Assembly (NCBI GenBank): GCA_026392215.1
Contig: JAPLCN010000121.1
Span: 1 to 57,171, forward strand
DNA from: Actinomycetota bacterium
Lineage (GTDB): Bacteria > Actinomycetota > Humimicrobiia > Humimicrobiales > Humimicrobiaceae
Direction: 5' to 3'
DNA: 57,171 nucleotides
In this document: piece after piece, positions 29,925 through 38,677 of the stretch
Numbering within the stretch: position 1 is the stretch's first letter
Layout: the number at the start of each line of letters is the position of its first letter
Position numbers and translations under genes: made by a program
The notes under the pieces: generated by a model
The model's database searches: none
What the model was told of the DNA's origin: nothing
Seen by the model: the letters and a program-made list of their open reading frames with translations, nothing else

Positions 29925-30923
29925 ATGACATCTAAAGAAATTATATTAAATATACTTTCAAAAAAAGATACACCCAGGTGCGGGATAGCAAATCCGGTAT
30001 CTTCAACAACTGTTAAGCAAATGGAAATGACGAACTCCTTCTTTCCTGAAGCTCACTACGATGCAAAGAAAATGTATGAGCTTGCAAGAGCAAACTACGA
30101 AATTTTAGGATTTGACGGGATAATGCCTGTTTTTTCAGTTGTAATTGAACCCTATGCTTTAGATTGTAAAGTTGACTGGGGAAGGCCTGATATGATGCCG
30201 CAGATTTTAGGCAAATTATGGAAAGGCTATGATGATATAATAATTAAGGAAGATTTTCTTTCAAACCATGCAGTAAAAGCTGTTCTTAAATGTATCTCTA
30301 TGCTTAAAAAAAATTATCCTGGTGTTGCCATAATCGGCAAGGTTTTTGGGCCCTGGACTCTTGGCTACGATTTTTTTGGGGTAGAGGATTTTCTTATTAA
30401 AACCATAACGCAGCCAGAAGAAGTTAAAAGTATCTTAAACAAATTAAGTGAAGTTACTGTTAAATTTGCCAATGCCCAGATTGAGGCCGGCGCAGATGTA
30501 ATTACAGTAGCAGACCATGCTACTAAAGATTTATGCAGCCCTCTGGCTTACAGGGATTTTTTAATTTCAATTCATACAATGCTTGCTAAAGAAATTAAAG
30601 CTAAAGTCATGCTTCATATTTGCGGAGATACTTTAGACAGGATTGAATATATTTCACAAACAAAAGTGGCTTCATTTCATTTTGAATCTAAAGTGGATGC
30701 ATGCAAAGCTGTTAAAATAGCAAATGGCAGAATCAAACTTATAGGAAATATTAACAACCCTACTACACTGCTTTTTAAAAAACCCGCAGACGTAAGACGT
30801 GAAGTCGAGTATGCGATAAAATGCGGTGTAGATATTATAGGTCCGGAATGTGCAGTCCCGCTGACAACACCTCTTGAGAACCTTAAAGAAATTTCTTTGA
30901 CAGTCAGAAACTATAAATATTGA
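29925..30923 (+). CDS. MtaA/MtbA-type (UroD-fold) zinc-dependent methylcobamide methyltransferase
   Basis: 332 aa. LHICGD (H-x-C) plus the downstream GPECAV cysteine match the MtaA Zn triad spacing. UroD-like core VADHATKDLCSPLAYRDF. Confidence 0.75.
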   Translation: MTSKEIILNILSKKDTPRCGIANPVSSTTVKQMEMTNSFFPEAHYDAKKMYELARANYEILGFDGIMPVFSVVIEPYALDCKVDWGRPDMMPQILGKLWKGYDDIIIKEDFLSNHAVKAVLKCISMLKKNYPGVAIIGKVFGPWTLGYDFFGVEDFLIKTITQPEEVKSILNKLSEVTVKFANAQIEAGADVITVADHATKDLCSPLAYRDFLISIHTMLAKEIKAKVMLHICGDTLDRIEYISQTKVASFHFESKVDACKAVKIANGRIKLIGNINNPTTLLFKKPADVRREVEYAIKCGVDIIGPECAVPLTTPLENLKEISLTVRNYKY

Positions 30924-31041
30924 CTTTTTAATATGTTTAATTTCTTTAGTTTTTTTTATTAAAATATACTTCATATTATTAATTTCCAGAACTTTCTTGA
31001 CTATTAGTATGTATTGGTTATACTTATTAAGGGTGAGTATT

Positions 31042-31317
31042 ATGAAATCAAAATATATGAGAATTAATTTGACTATTCCTGAAGAGAATTTAAACCAGAT
31101 TGACGAGTTCTGCAAAGGAGAAAACATCAGCAGGAGTGAATTTGTCAGAGAAGCATCTTCCAGCTTTATGGCTTTTAAAACTGAAGAAAAAGATAAAGAA
31201 AAAATCAGAGAGAATAGGCTTAAAGCTATGCTAATGATGGCAGAATTCAGAAAAAAAAGTACTTTTACAGGAGGCACTGAAATTATCAGAAAATTCAGAG
31301 ATGAACGAAATAGATAA
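31042..31317 (+). CDS. vapB: Ribbon-helix-helix (CopG-like) antitoxin
   Basis: MKSKYMRINLTIPEENLNQIDEFCKGENISRSEFVREA is a classic RHH beta-alpha-alpha. GGGTGAG lies upstream of ATG 31042. The gene overlaps the PIN gene by 17 nt. Confidence 0.7.
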   Translation: MKSKYMRINLTIPEENLNQIDEFCKGENISRSEFVREASSSFMAFKTEEKDKEKIRENRLKAMLMMAEFRKKSTFTGGTEIIRKFRDERNR

Positions 31318-31777
31318 TTTAAAAGAAATATTTAAAACTAATAAAGTAAATTATTTTGTTATTGATGCCTGCGTAGGTGTTAAATGGTTTTCTGCAGAAA
31401 ATGAAGATAAAGTTGAGTATGCAAAACTAATTCAAAGAAAAAATACTAATGCAGAACTTGAAATTGTAATACCGGATTTATTTATTTACGAAATATTAAA
31501 TGCGTTACTTTTAAAGAAAAAATTATCTACTGAAGATTTAAAATATGTGACATATGCAATGGATTTAATGTATTTAAATATTGTTACTCCGGATGACAGA
31601 CTGCTTGATTCTGCTATAGAATTTGCCTGTAATTTGGGTCTTACTTATTATGATGCAATTTATTTGGCACTCGCTAAAAGGATAGAAACATTTCTTATTA
31701 CTGAAGATAAAAAAATTTTATCTCATTCTGATAAATTCGGATTTATAAAAAGTCTGGACTATATTAATAAAATATAA
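31301..31777 (+). CDS. vapC: PIN-domain ribonuclease toxin
   Basis: 158 aa. N-terminal YFVIDACV (first acidic residue), later ...YEILNAL... and TYYDAIYLALA...LITEDKK acidic positions are typical of VapC. Confidence 0.75.
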   Translation: MNEIDNLKEIFKTNKVNYFVIDACVGVKWFSAENEDKVEYAKLIQRKNTNAELEIVIPDLFIYEILNALLLKKKLSTEDLKYVTYAMDLMYLNIVTPDDRLLDSAIEFACNLGLTYYDAIYLALAKRIETFLITEDKKILSHSDKFGFIKSLDYINKI

Positions 31778-32091
31778 ATACAATATTGTTTTCCCTTATT
31801 AATACAAGCTAAAATTTGGAAATCATTGATAATTGTTTTAGATAAAAAATCCATGACTTATTAAATAAAATTTAATAAGCAGTACCTCTTTTAGCTTGAA
31901 ATAATATAAATAAATGACTATATTTAATAAGTATAGATAATTATTTATTAAATTCACTCAATTAATTTAAATTATTATCAAAATAAAAATTTTAGATAAT
32001 TACAAATTTAAATAATTCCAACCTAGTAACCTTTTTTACAATATATTAATTTTTAAAATAAATTTTATAAATTTTTTTCAAAGGAAGAAAA

Positions 32092-33516
32092 ATGGAGCAT
32101 TATAAACCTAAAATCGGACTGGTATTTTTTGCAGCAAGATGGTTTGAAGAAGTAGTTCTTGGTGCAGGAGAGAACTCAAAAGAATTTTCAAGGTTCTTAA
32201 ATAAAGATACGGGCAAAATCAAGGACGCGCTGTCAAAAGAAAATGAAGTCGTAAGCTTTCCTGTTGTTACTTCCATGGGAAAAGCCTGGACAGTCAGTGA
32301 AAAAATTCTTGCACAAAATCTGGACGCAGTAGTATTTTGCTCAATGGTCTGGACGGAAGATGAGTATCTCCTGGCTTTTAAAGATGTTATGAAAATAAAG
32401 CCATCCATCATATGGGGTTTTACACCTTATAAAAATTCTCCTGAAAAAAGCGATATTATGACTTTGTTTAAAAATTCAGGTATTGTGGGAACCGTTCAAG
32501 GATTTAACGTTGTTGTAAAGATGGGAGTAAAACCATTTTATGTTTTTGGAAGCGTTTTAGACCCGGAACCGGTAACTAAAATAAATAAAATTACCAAAGC
32601 AGCCAAAGTATTTAAAGAATTAAAAAAAACAAAGCTTGGTATCCTGCCTTACAGAAATTTTCAGATGATTGTAACTTATGTTGATGAATTCAGACTATAT
32701 TCTCAGATCGGGCCAGTAGTTGAATATATTTCGTGCCTTCAGTTAAAAAATGCAACAGATACAATTCCGGACAGCAAAACGATTGATTATGTTAAAGAAA
32801 TAAAAAGTAAGTTTAAAATAGATTCAAAAATAACCCAGGAAAATTTATTTAAATCTGCAAAAGCAGCTTTGGGATTTGAAAAAATCATATTTGATAATAA
32901 ATTGGACGGCATTGCTTTAAGTGATCTTATCCCTGAACTTCATGAAGTTATGGGGCTGCGCCCCTGCTTATATACAGAAAAACTTGCCAAATCAGAAAAA
33001 GTAGTTGGAAATGAAGGTGATCTTGGCGGGACCACTGCAATGATGATTTTAAGAAAGCTTACCGGCAGTCCAGTCATGTTTACTGAAATATTCAATCTTG
33101 ACTATGAAAAGAATACTATTGGTGCCGGCCATGCCGGCCCGTCAAATTACATGACTGCTCAAAGTGATGATAAAGTTACCATTACTCCTGACTATGAGTT
33201 AATGGATGCAACTTCTGATATCGGTGGAGTATGGATGGAATTTATCGGTAAGCCGGGAAGAGTGACTATTCTTAATTTTATCTGTACCCTGGACAATTTC
33301 CAGATGACAATATTAAATGGGCAGTCTTTAGGCGGCAGTGTCAGATTTGATGGCTATCCTCACTATGCAATAAAAATAGATCCAAAAATGATTGATTTTC
33401 TTAATTCAAATGCTCTTAATGGAACAAGCCATCACTGGGCAGTTGTAAATGGAGATGTTAAAGAAGAGTTGTCTTATCTTGCTGACATGCTTTGTGTAAA
33501 AAAGGTTTTACTTTGA
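32092..33516 (+). CDS. L-fucose / L-arabinose isomerase-like sugar isomerase (second copy)
   Basis: 474 aa, with SD AAAGGAAG. IGLVFFAA...VVFCSMVW and ...GAGHAGP...GTSHHWAVVNGDVKEEL parallel 20239-21630. Confidence 0.65.
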   Translation: MEHYKPKIGLVFFAARWFEEVVLGAGENSKEFSRFLNKDTGKIKDALSKENEVVSFPVVTSMGKAWTVSEKILAQNLDAVVFCSMVWTEDEYLLAFKDVMKIKPSIIWGFTPYKNSPEKSDIMTLFKNSGIVGTVQGFNVVVKMGVKPFYVFGSVLDPEPVTKINKITKAAKVFKELKKTKLGILPYRNFQMIVTYVDEFRLYSQIGPVVEYISCLQLKNATDTIPDSKTIDYVKEIKSKFKIDSKITQENLFKSAKAALGFEKIIFDNKLDGIALSDLIPELHEVMGLRPCLYTEKLAKSEKVVGNEGDLGGTTAMMILRKLTGSPVMFTEIFNLDYEKNTIGAGHAGPSNYMTAQSDDKVTITPDYELMDATSDIGGVWMEFIGKPGRVTILNFICTLDNFQMTILNGQSLGGSVRFDGYPHYAIKIDPKMIDFLNSNALNGTSHHWAVVNGDVKEELSYLADMLCVKKVLL

Positions 33517-33649
33517 TAAATAACTTATGAAAGATGACTTTTAAACAAAATAAAAATAAATAGAAGCAGTTTTAAATTTTAACGTTAGTTTTAGAAATAT
33601 TAAATTTATTAATTATCTGTTTATACTAATAAATAATTAAAAAGCGGAA

Positions 33650-34786
33650 ATGACTCCGAAAGAGAGAATAACTTTGGCATTTCAAAACAGGAAACCTGAC
33701 AGGGTGCCTGTTTCTCCTGAATTATGGGATGTTATTCCCATAAAAGTTTCAGGAAGACCTTTTTATGAATATAGCGCGACTTCTTTCGGAAAATTTCCAT
33801 TATGGAAAGCCCAGATTGATGCTTATAAGTTTTTTGAATGTGAGGCATGGATACCTGTTGAACCGGGTCCGTCGGAAAGACAAAAAGAAATGATTTCTGC
33901 CAAGTCTTATTTTGTTAACCCTGATTTAATCCAGACGGAAGTCACTTATAAAACAAGTAAAGGCAATCTTAAGGAAATTAAGCATTCAGTGTTTGATTAC
34001 GATATGTGGTCTTTGAAGCGCCTGGTAGAAAATCTATTTGAAGACATGCCTAAATATGAAGAATATTTTTTTGAGAATCCTTCAAAGTTGGATTACGAAA
34101 TAATAAATGAAGCATACAAGGAAACTGGTGATTACGGAATTTGTGAAGGTAATGTAGGCAATACCTTTTTTGAGTTTTTAACTCTTGCCAGGGAAGGCGG
34201 AGCAGTTCAGGTGATTTTTGATTTAAATGACAATCCTGATTTTTTTATACCAATCCAAAAAAGATATATTGATTATGTAAGTGAGGTTGCAGAAGAAATT
34301 ATTAAAAACACCCAGGTGGATGGTATTTTTTTAAACTGCGGCAGTTCTGTCTTAACTGTTGTCAGCCCAGAGATTTTTAAAATCTGGGATTTGCCGCTTA
34401 TAAAAAAAATAGGGGGTATCGCTAAAAAACATGGAAAGATTTTTCATTATCACCTTCATGGCAAAGGAAGAGCATTGCTGGGTTATCTTGTTGATGCAGG
34501 CGTAAATATGATGTGTCCACTTGAAAAATCCCCCAAAGGTGATTTTGATTTGAAAGAAGTTAAAGATAAATTTGGGAATAGGCTTGCAGTTAAGGGTAAC
34601 ATAGATCCATTTTTTTTAAACAAAGCAAGTTTTGAAGAGATTGATTTTGAAGTAAAGAAATGTATTGAAGATGCAGGTAAAAATGGCGGCTTTGTTCTGG
34701 CATCAGGTGATGGAGTTTTAAAAGATACTCCGTTTGAGAATATAAGAAAAATGGTTGAAGCATGTAAAAAATATGGAAAATATTGA
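33650..34786 (+). CDS. UroD-superfamily protein (methyltransferase-like; no MtaA Zn triad)
   Basis: 378 aa. N-terminal TPKERITLAFQNRKPDRVPVSPELW is typical of the family. Core SPEIFKIWDLPLIKKI...HYHLHGKG...LKGNIDP...GGFVLASGDG. Confidence 0.7.
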   Translation: MTPKERITLAFQNRKPDRVPVSPELWDVIPIKVSGRPFYEYSATSFGKFPLWKAQIDAYKFFECEAWIPVEPGPSERQKEMISAKSYFVNPDLIQTEVTYKTSKGNLKEIKHSVFDYDMWSLKRLVENLFEDMPKYEEYFFENPSKLDYEIINEAYKETGDYGICEGNVGNTFFEFLTLAREGGAVQVIFDLNDNPDFFIPIQKRYIDYVSEVAEEIIKNTQVDGIFLNCGSSVLTVVSPEIFKIWDLPLIKKIGGIAKKHGKIFHYHLHGKGRALLGYLVDAGVNMMCPLEKSPKGDFDLKEVKDKFGNRLAVKGNIDPFFLNKASFEEIDFEVKKCIEDAGKNGGFVLASGDGVLKDTPFENIRKMVEACKKYGKY

Positions 34787-34960
34787 AGATTCAGATAATC
34801 TTAATAATTTTAAAAATTAATAAATATTTAAAGGTTATTTTTTAAGATCAGAAACAAATAATTAAATAACTTAATTTATAAAAAATAAAATTAACAAAAA
34901 AGGAGGAGAAAATTAATTAAGGTTGGAGTTTATTAAATTAAAGCAAAAGAGAGGTAAAGA

Positions 34961-36388
34961 ATGAGATTAAATTTAATAAAAGTTATTGCTCTTTTTGCTG
35001 TCCTGGGTCTCTTATTAACACTGGGGTTTGGATGCAAAAGTAAAACCACAGAAACAACAGCTGCACAAAGCACGGCTGCTGAAACTACAGCAGCTGCCGA
35101 AACTACAGCTGCAGAGACAACCAAGGCTGCAACGGAAACAACATCCGGCGAACCTGTTAAGCTTGTATTCTGGTGGTGGGGGGAGCAGGAAGCACCGGGA
35201 CTTGAAAAATGGTTGAAAGAAACTGTTGATTTATATCAGAAGGCACATCCGAATGTTACAATTGAAACTGTTCTTCAATCTACAGAAACATTGGTTTCAG
35301 CATTTAAATCTGCAGCTGCAGCACAGCAGGGTCCTGACATACAATATTTCTGGGGCGGCATATTCACAATCGAAGATGCATGGGCAGGAAGTATTGTCCC
35401 AATTTCAGATTACATACCTGCTGATGAGCTAAAGCATTATTACACAAGTTATGAACAGCAGTTTGATGGAAAAACCTGGGGTGCAGTATGGTATACAGTT
35501 CCAAACCCGATTGTTTACAACAAGCAAATCTTTAAAGATGCAGGCCTTGATCCTGAAAATTTCCCAAAAACATGGGATGAATTTCTTGCAGCATGTAAAG
35601 CTATCCAGGCTAAAGGTATTGTTCCATTCAGTGTTGGAAATAAAGAAGGATTTGCAGGCGCATGGCTTGCTTCATATATTGGAATCCAGAATCTTGACAG
35701 CCCTGCAGATTTGATGGCTCCCGCAATAGGCAAAGCAAAATATACTGATGAGAAATATGCAGCATGGTGGAAGAGACTTGCTGAACTTCGGGATAACAAG
35801 TATATAAATAAGGATATCAACTCGCTTGAATTTTATCAGGGCCAGGATAACTTTAAAAAAGGAAATGCAGGCTTTACTTTAACCGTTGGTTCAGGTGCTG
35901 TTGATTTTGTTAAAACCATGGGCACAGATAAAGTAGGAATTGCAACAATGCCAGTCTGGGGTACCGGAAAATATGCTGGACCACTTCAGTTGAGCTCTCA
36001 AACAGTTGGCATTACTTCCTGGTCAAAATATCCAAAAGAATCTGCTGATTTTATAATGTTCATGCATACTCCTGACAGGGTAAATGCAATGTATAAAATG
36101 AGCGGAGCATTTCCTGCTGATGACAGGTTTGATCCGAGTCTTCTTTCAACAGATCAGGAAAAGAAAATTGCCAAACTTGCATCAGAGAATGTTTCTCCAT
36201 GGGGAGAAAATTATATTCCCTCTCAATTTGATGAGCAGGCATATTACTTTGGAGTTCAGGATTTCTTTAATGGCAAAACTCCGGAAGATATGGCTAAAAA
36301 ATGCCAGGAAATTATAGAGAAGTGGCAGAAAGAGCAGCCTGATTCAGTTAAGAATTTTGAAAAATGGTATGCTTCTTTTACAAAATAA
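34961..36388 (+). CDS. CUT1-family sugar ABC substrate-binding lipoprotein
   Basis: 475 aa. Lipobox LGFGC (Cys25) and a long Thr/Ala/Glu linker. MalE-like fold (VKLVFWWWG, GPDIQYFWGG). Confidence 0.85.
   Translation: MRLNLIKVIALFAVLGLLLTLGFGCKSKTTETTAAQSTAAETTAAAETTAAETTKAATETTSGEPVKLVFWWWGEQEAPGLEKWLKETVDLYQKAHPNVTIETVLQSTETLVSAFKSAAAAQQGPDIQYFWGGIFTIEDAWAGSIVPISDYIPADELKHYYTSYEQQFDGKTWGAVWYTVPNPIVYNKQIFKDAGLDPENFPKTWDEFLAACKAIQAKGIVPFSVGNKEGFAGAWLASYIGIQNLDSPADLMAPAIGKAKYTDEKYAAWWKRLAELRDNKYINKDINSLEFYQGQDNFKKGNAGFTLTVGSGAVDFVKTMGTDKVGIATMPVWGTGKYAGPLQLSSQTVGITSWSKYPKESADFIMFMHTPDRVNAMYKMSGAFPADDRFDPSLLSTDQEKKIAKLASENVSPWGENYIPSQFDEQAYYFGVQDFFNGKTPEDMAKKCQEIIEKWQKEQPDSVKNFEKWYASFTK
35040..35150 (+). 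repeat. Imperfect tandem repeats encoding the (E)TTAA linker of the lipoprotein
   Basis: GAAACTACAGCAGCTGCC / GAAACTACAGCTGCAGAG / ACAACCAAGGCTGCAACG units encode TTETTAAQSTAAETTAAAETTAAETTKAATETT. A shorter analogue lies at 17770-17826 in the other SBP gene. Confidence 0.5.
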
Positions 36389-36402
36389 GCAATGCAATAT
36401 GT

Positions 36403-36436
36403 AAAGCAAATATAGTTGCAGAACCATATTTGCTTT
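36403..36436 (+). terminator. Hairpin directly after the SBP gene (partial terminator or stabiliser)
   Basis: Perfect 11-bp stem: AAAGCAAATAT (36403-36413) pairs with ATATTTGCTTT (36426-36436), with a 12-nt loop. The T-tract is weak. Confidence 0.55.
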
Positions 36437-36475
36437 GATTTAAAGTAATTTTAATAGATTTAAAGATACAATCCA

Positions 36476-36588
36476 GGCGGTCTGGCTAAAGGGTTAAAAT
36501 TGATTTTAAAAGTTAATTAAGTAATTTTTTATAAGTTACAAAATTAATTCGGGAAAATTAATAAAAACAATTAATCAGCCAGGCCGCC
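36476..36588. repeat. GC-rich 12-nt terminal inverted repeat enclosing about 89 nt of AT-rich sequence (structured RNA or MITE-like element)
   Basis: GGCGGTCTGGCT (36476-36487) pairs with AGCCAGGCCGCC (36577-36588): 11 Watson-Crick pairs plus one G-U as RNA. It sits in an unusual 400-nt gap between the SBP and permease genes. Confidence 0.4.
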
Positions 36589-36788
36589 AAAAAAATATTT
36601 TTAAAGCATTAAGATAATAAAAAAATGAAATTTGAAATAATTTCCTGATTCTGGAAGTAATTTTATAAGTTATAAACAGCATTTTTAAACTTAAAGAACA
36701 ATTATAATTATTAATATATATTAAGAAATATAAACAATAATCATTATTAATATCATTAATTAAAAACAAGTTAGAAAAACAAATATTT

Positions 36789-37661
36789 ATGAAAACTAAA
36801 AGAAGAAACATAATAGAAATAATCCTTTTTCTGCTGCCGGCTTTGATAATAATAGGATTTGTCTTCTTTTTCCCGATAATAAGGGTAATCCAGTACAGCT
36901 TTGACAGGGTTAATCCCAGGAAATTATCTTTTATAGGCCTGACAAACTATAAAATCCTGTTTACCGATGATGTTTTTCTTTCCGGCATAAAGAATAATTT
37001 TATCCTGCTTGTTGCCGTTCCGATAATAATATTTTTATCAGTTTTTTTTGCTATCCTGCTTTATGAAAAAATGGGTGGCTGGAAGTTTTACAGGTTTGTG
37101 CTTTTTTTGCCTTACATACTTGCTATTCCTGTAGTGGGCGTAGTTTTCAGCTATATTTTTCAATTAAACGGACTGCTGAATTTTCTTCTGGAAAAGGTGG
37201 GGCTTAAATTTCTGATGGCAGACTGGCTCGGTTCTTCGAACTGGGCATTATGGACTGTAATGTTTGTAATTATATGGAAGGAGCTTGGTTTTGGGATTGT
37301 CCTGGTTTTTGCAAGGCTGATGAGCGTTCCCAAGGATCTGTATGAAGCTGCTGAAATTGACGGAGCTAACTGGGTTCAGAAGCACATTCATGTAACTATA
37401 CCCCAAACAAGGAATGTTGTTTCTTTCCTGACAGTTATCACGATTATTACAATGCTGTCATGGGTATTTAATTACGTATATGTCATGACTCTTGGAGGTC
37501 CTGGCACTTCAACGATGGTTGCGGAATATTATATTTATCAGACAGCTTTCAGGTACCAGAATATGGGCCTAGCTTCTGCAGCTTCAGTAATACTTTTCGT
37601 GATTACTTTTATTTTTGTAATTATTCAAACAAGGGTTAGAGGAAGAGAAGAAGTAGAATAA
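36789..37661 (+). CDS. CUT1 sugar ABC permease (MalF/UgpA-like)
   Basis: 290 aa, six TM helices. EAA-loop region LYEAAEIDGANWVQKHIHVTIPQT. Confidence 0.85.
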   Translation: MKTKRRNIIEIILFLLPALIIIGFVFFFPIIRVIQYSFDRVNPRKLSFIGLTNYKILFTDDVFLSGIKNNFILLVAVPIIIFLSVFFAILLYEKMGGWKFYRFVLFLPYILAIPVVGVVFSYIFQLNGLLNFLLEKVGLKFLMADWLGSSNWALWTVMFVIIWKELGFGIVLVFARLMSVPKDLYEAAEIDGANWVQKHIHVTIPQTRNVVSFLTVITIITMLSWVFNYVYVMTLGGPGTSTMVAEYYIYQTAFRYQNMGLASAASVILFVITFIFVIIQTRVRGREEVE

Positions 37662-38519
37662 ATGGAAAAAGTAAAACAAAAAGAATATAAAGTTAGAAAA
37701 AATTATTTTGCTTTTTTTGGCAGGCAGCTTTTACTTATAATCCTTACAATTATTTCTTTGTACCCGGTGTTCTTCATGCTGATAACTGCAATAAAATCAA
37801 AGGAAGAATATGTATTTAATAAATTCGGTTTCCCTAAAGCGCTTGCCTTGAATAATTTTTTTGAAGTATTTATAGGTAAAAATTTTGGCCAGTGGTTTGT
37901 AAATTCAATAGTGCTTAGCATTGGATCAGTTATTCTCTCTCTTGTTCTGGCTATTCTTGCTTCATACGCACTTGCAAGATACCAGTTCAAGATAAGGGAT
38001 ACTATTTTAAATTTTATCATTTCTCTCATGGTTATTCCTCCCGTCATAATGGTTGTCCCATTATTTGTATTTATGTCAAAAATTAAGCTGATAAACTCAC
38101 TTCCCGGGGTTATATTGATTTATGCAGGGCTGACTTTACCCTTCTCAATATATCTCTTAACTACTTTTTTCAGATCCATACCACAGGCAATAATGGACAG
38201 CTCTTATATTGACGGATGCTCATCACTCAGGACTTTAACCAGTATTGTTATGCCGCTTTCAAAGCCTCCTATCATTACTCTTATAGTTGTGAATTCCTTA
38301 TGGGTCTGGAATGAACTTATGATTGCTCTTATTTTTCTGCAGAAAGATGAGCTTAAAACACTTATGGTGGGCATAACTGTTTTCAAATCAAGATATAACA
38401 TAAATATACCGTTAACAATGATGGGCCTTGTTGTTATTACAATCCCTATGGTTGCACTTTATCTATTCGGCCAGAAATATTTTGTTCAGGGGCTTGTTTC
38501 CGGGTCTTTAAAAGAATAA
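37662..38519 (+). CDS. CUT1 sugar ABC permease (MalG/UgpE-like)
   Basis: 285 aa. Its start abuts the upstream stop. EAA-loop region IMDSSYIDGCSSLRTLTSIVMPLSKP and C-terminal FGQKYFVQGLVSGSLKE. Confidence 0.85.
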   Translation: MEKVKQKEYKVRKNYFAFFGRQLLLIILTIISLYPVFFMLITAIKSKEEYVFNKFGFPKALALNNFFEVFIGKNFGQWFVNSIVLSIGSVILSLVLAILASYALARYQFKIRDTILNFIISLMVIPPVIMVVPLFVFMSKIKLINSLPGVILIYAGLTLPFSIYLLTTFFRSIPQAIMDSSYIDGCSSLRTLTSIVMPLSKPPIITLIVVNSLWVWNELMIALIFLQKDELKTLMVGITVFKSRYNINIPLTMMGLVVITIPMVALYLFGQKYFVQGLVSGSLKE

Positions 38520-38677
38520 AGAAGGAAAATTAAAGAGTAATAGTAAAATGTAGCTTCACTTATTAGTGTTTAAATGAATTATACGGGAATTTAATTTAAC
38601 TTGATATCATTTGGTTATTTTGAAATTTAATAAAATTAATTTAAATTATAATAATAGTTTATTCTTAAGGGAAAATT

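Noticed and set aside
30672-31277. A 201-aa minus-strand ORF. Other long minus-strand ORFs include 43652-44182, 2546-3034, 25202-25615, 7402-7818 and 3428-3808.
   Set aside because: All lie antisense to + strand genes with clear family motifs. They have low-complexity or Ser/Leu/Phe-rich shadow-frame composition, no SD sequences and no recognisable motifs. I treat them as antisense shadow ORFs.
35028-36317. Several 60-90 aa + strand ORFs in alternative frames (35028-35216, 35226-35432, 35451-35714, 36120-36317). Similar cases are 2785-2982, 27857-28063 and 43927-44130.
   Set aside because: They are fully nested in alternative frames of well-supported genes (the SBP gene, gyrA, araB, the ROK gene) and show no motifs. 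They are frame artefacts.
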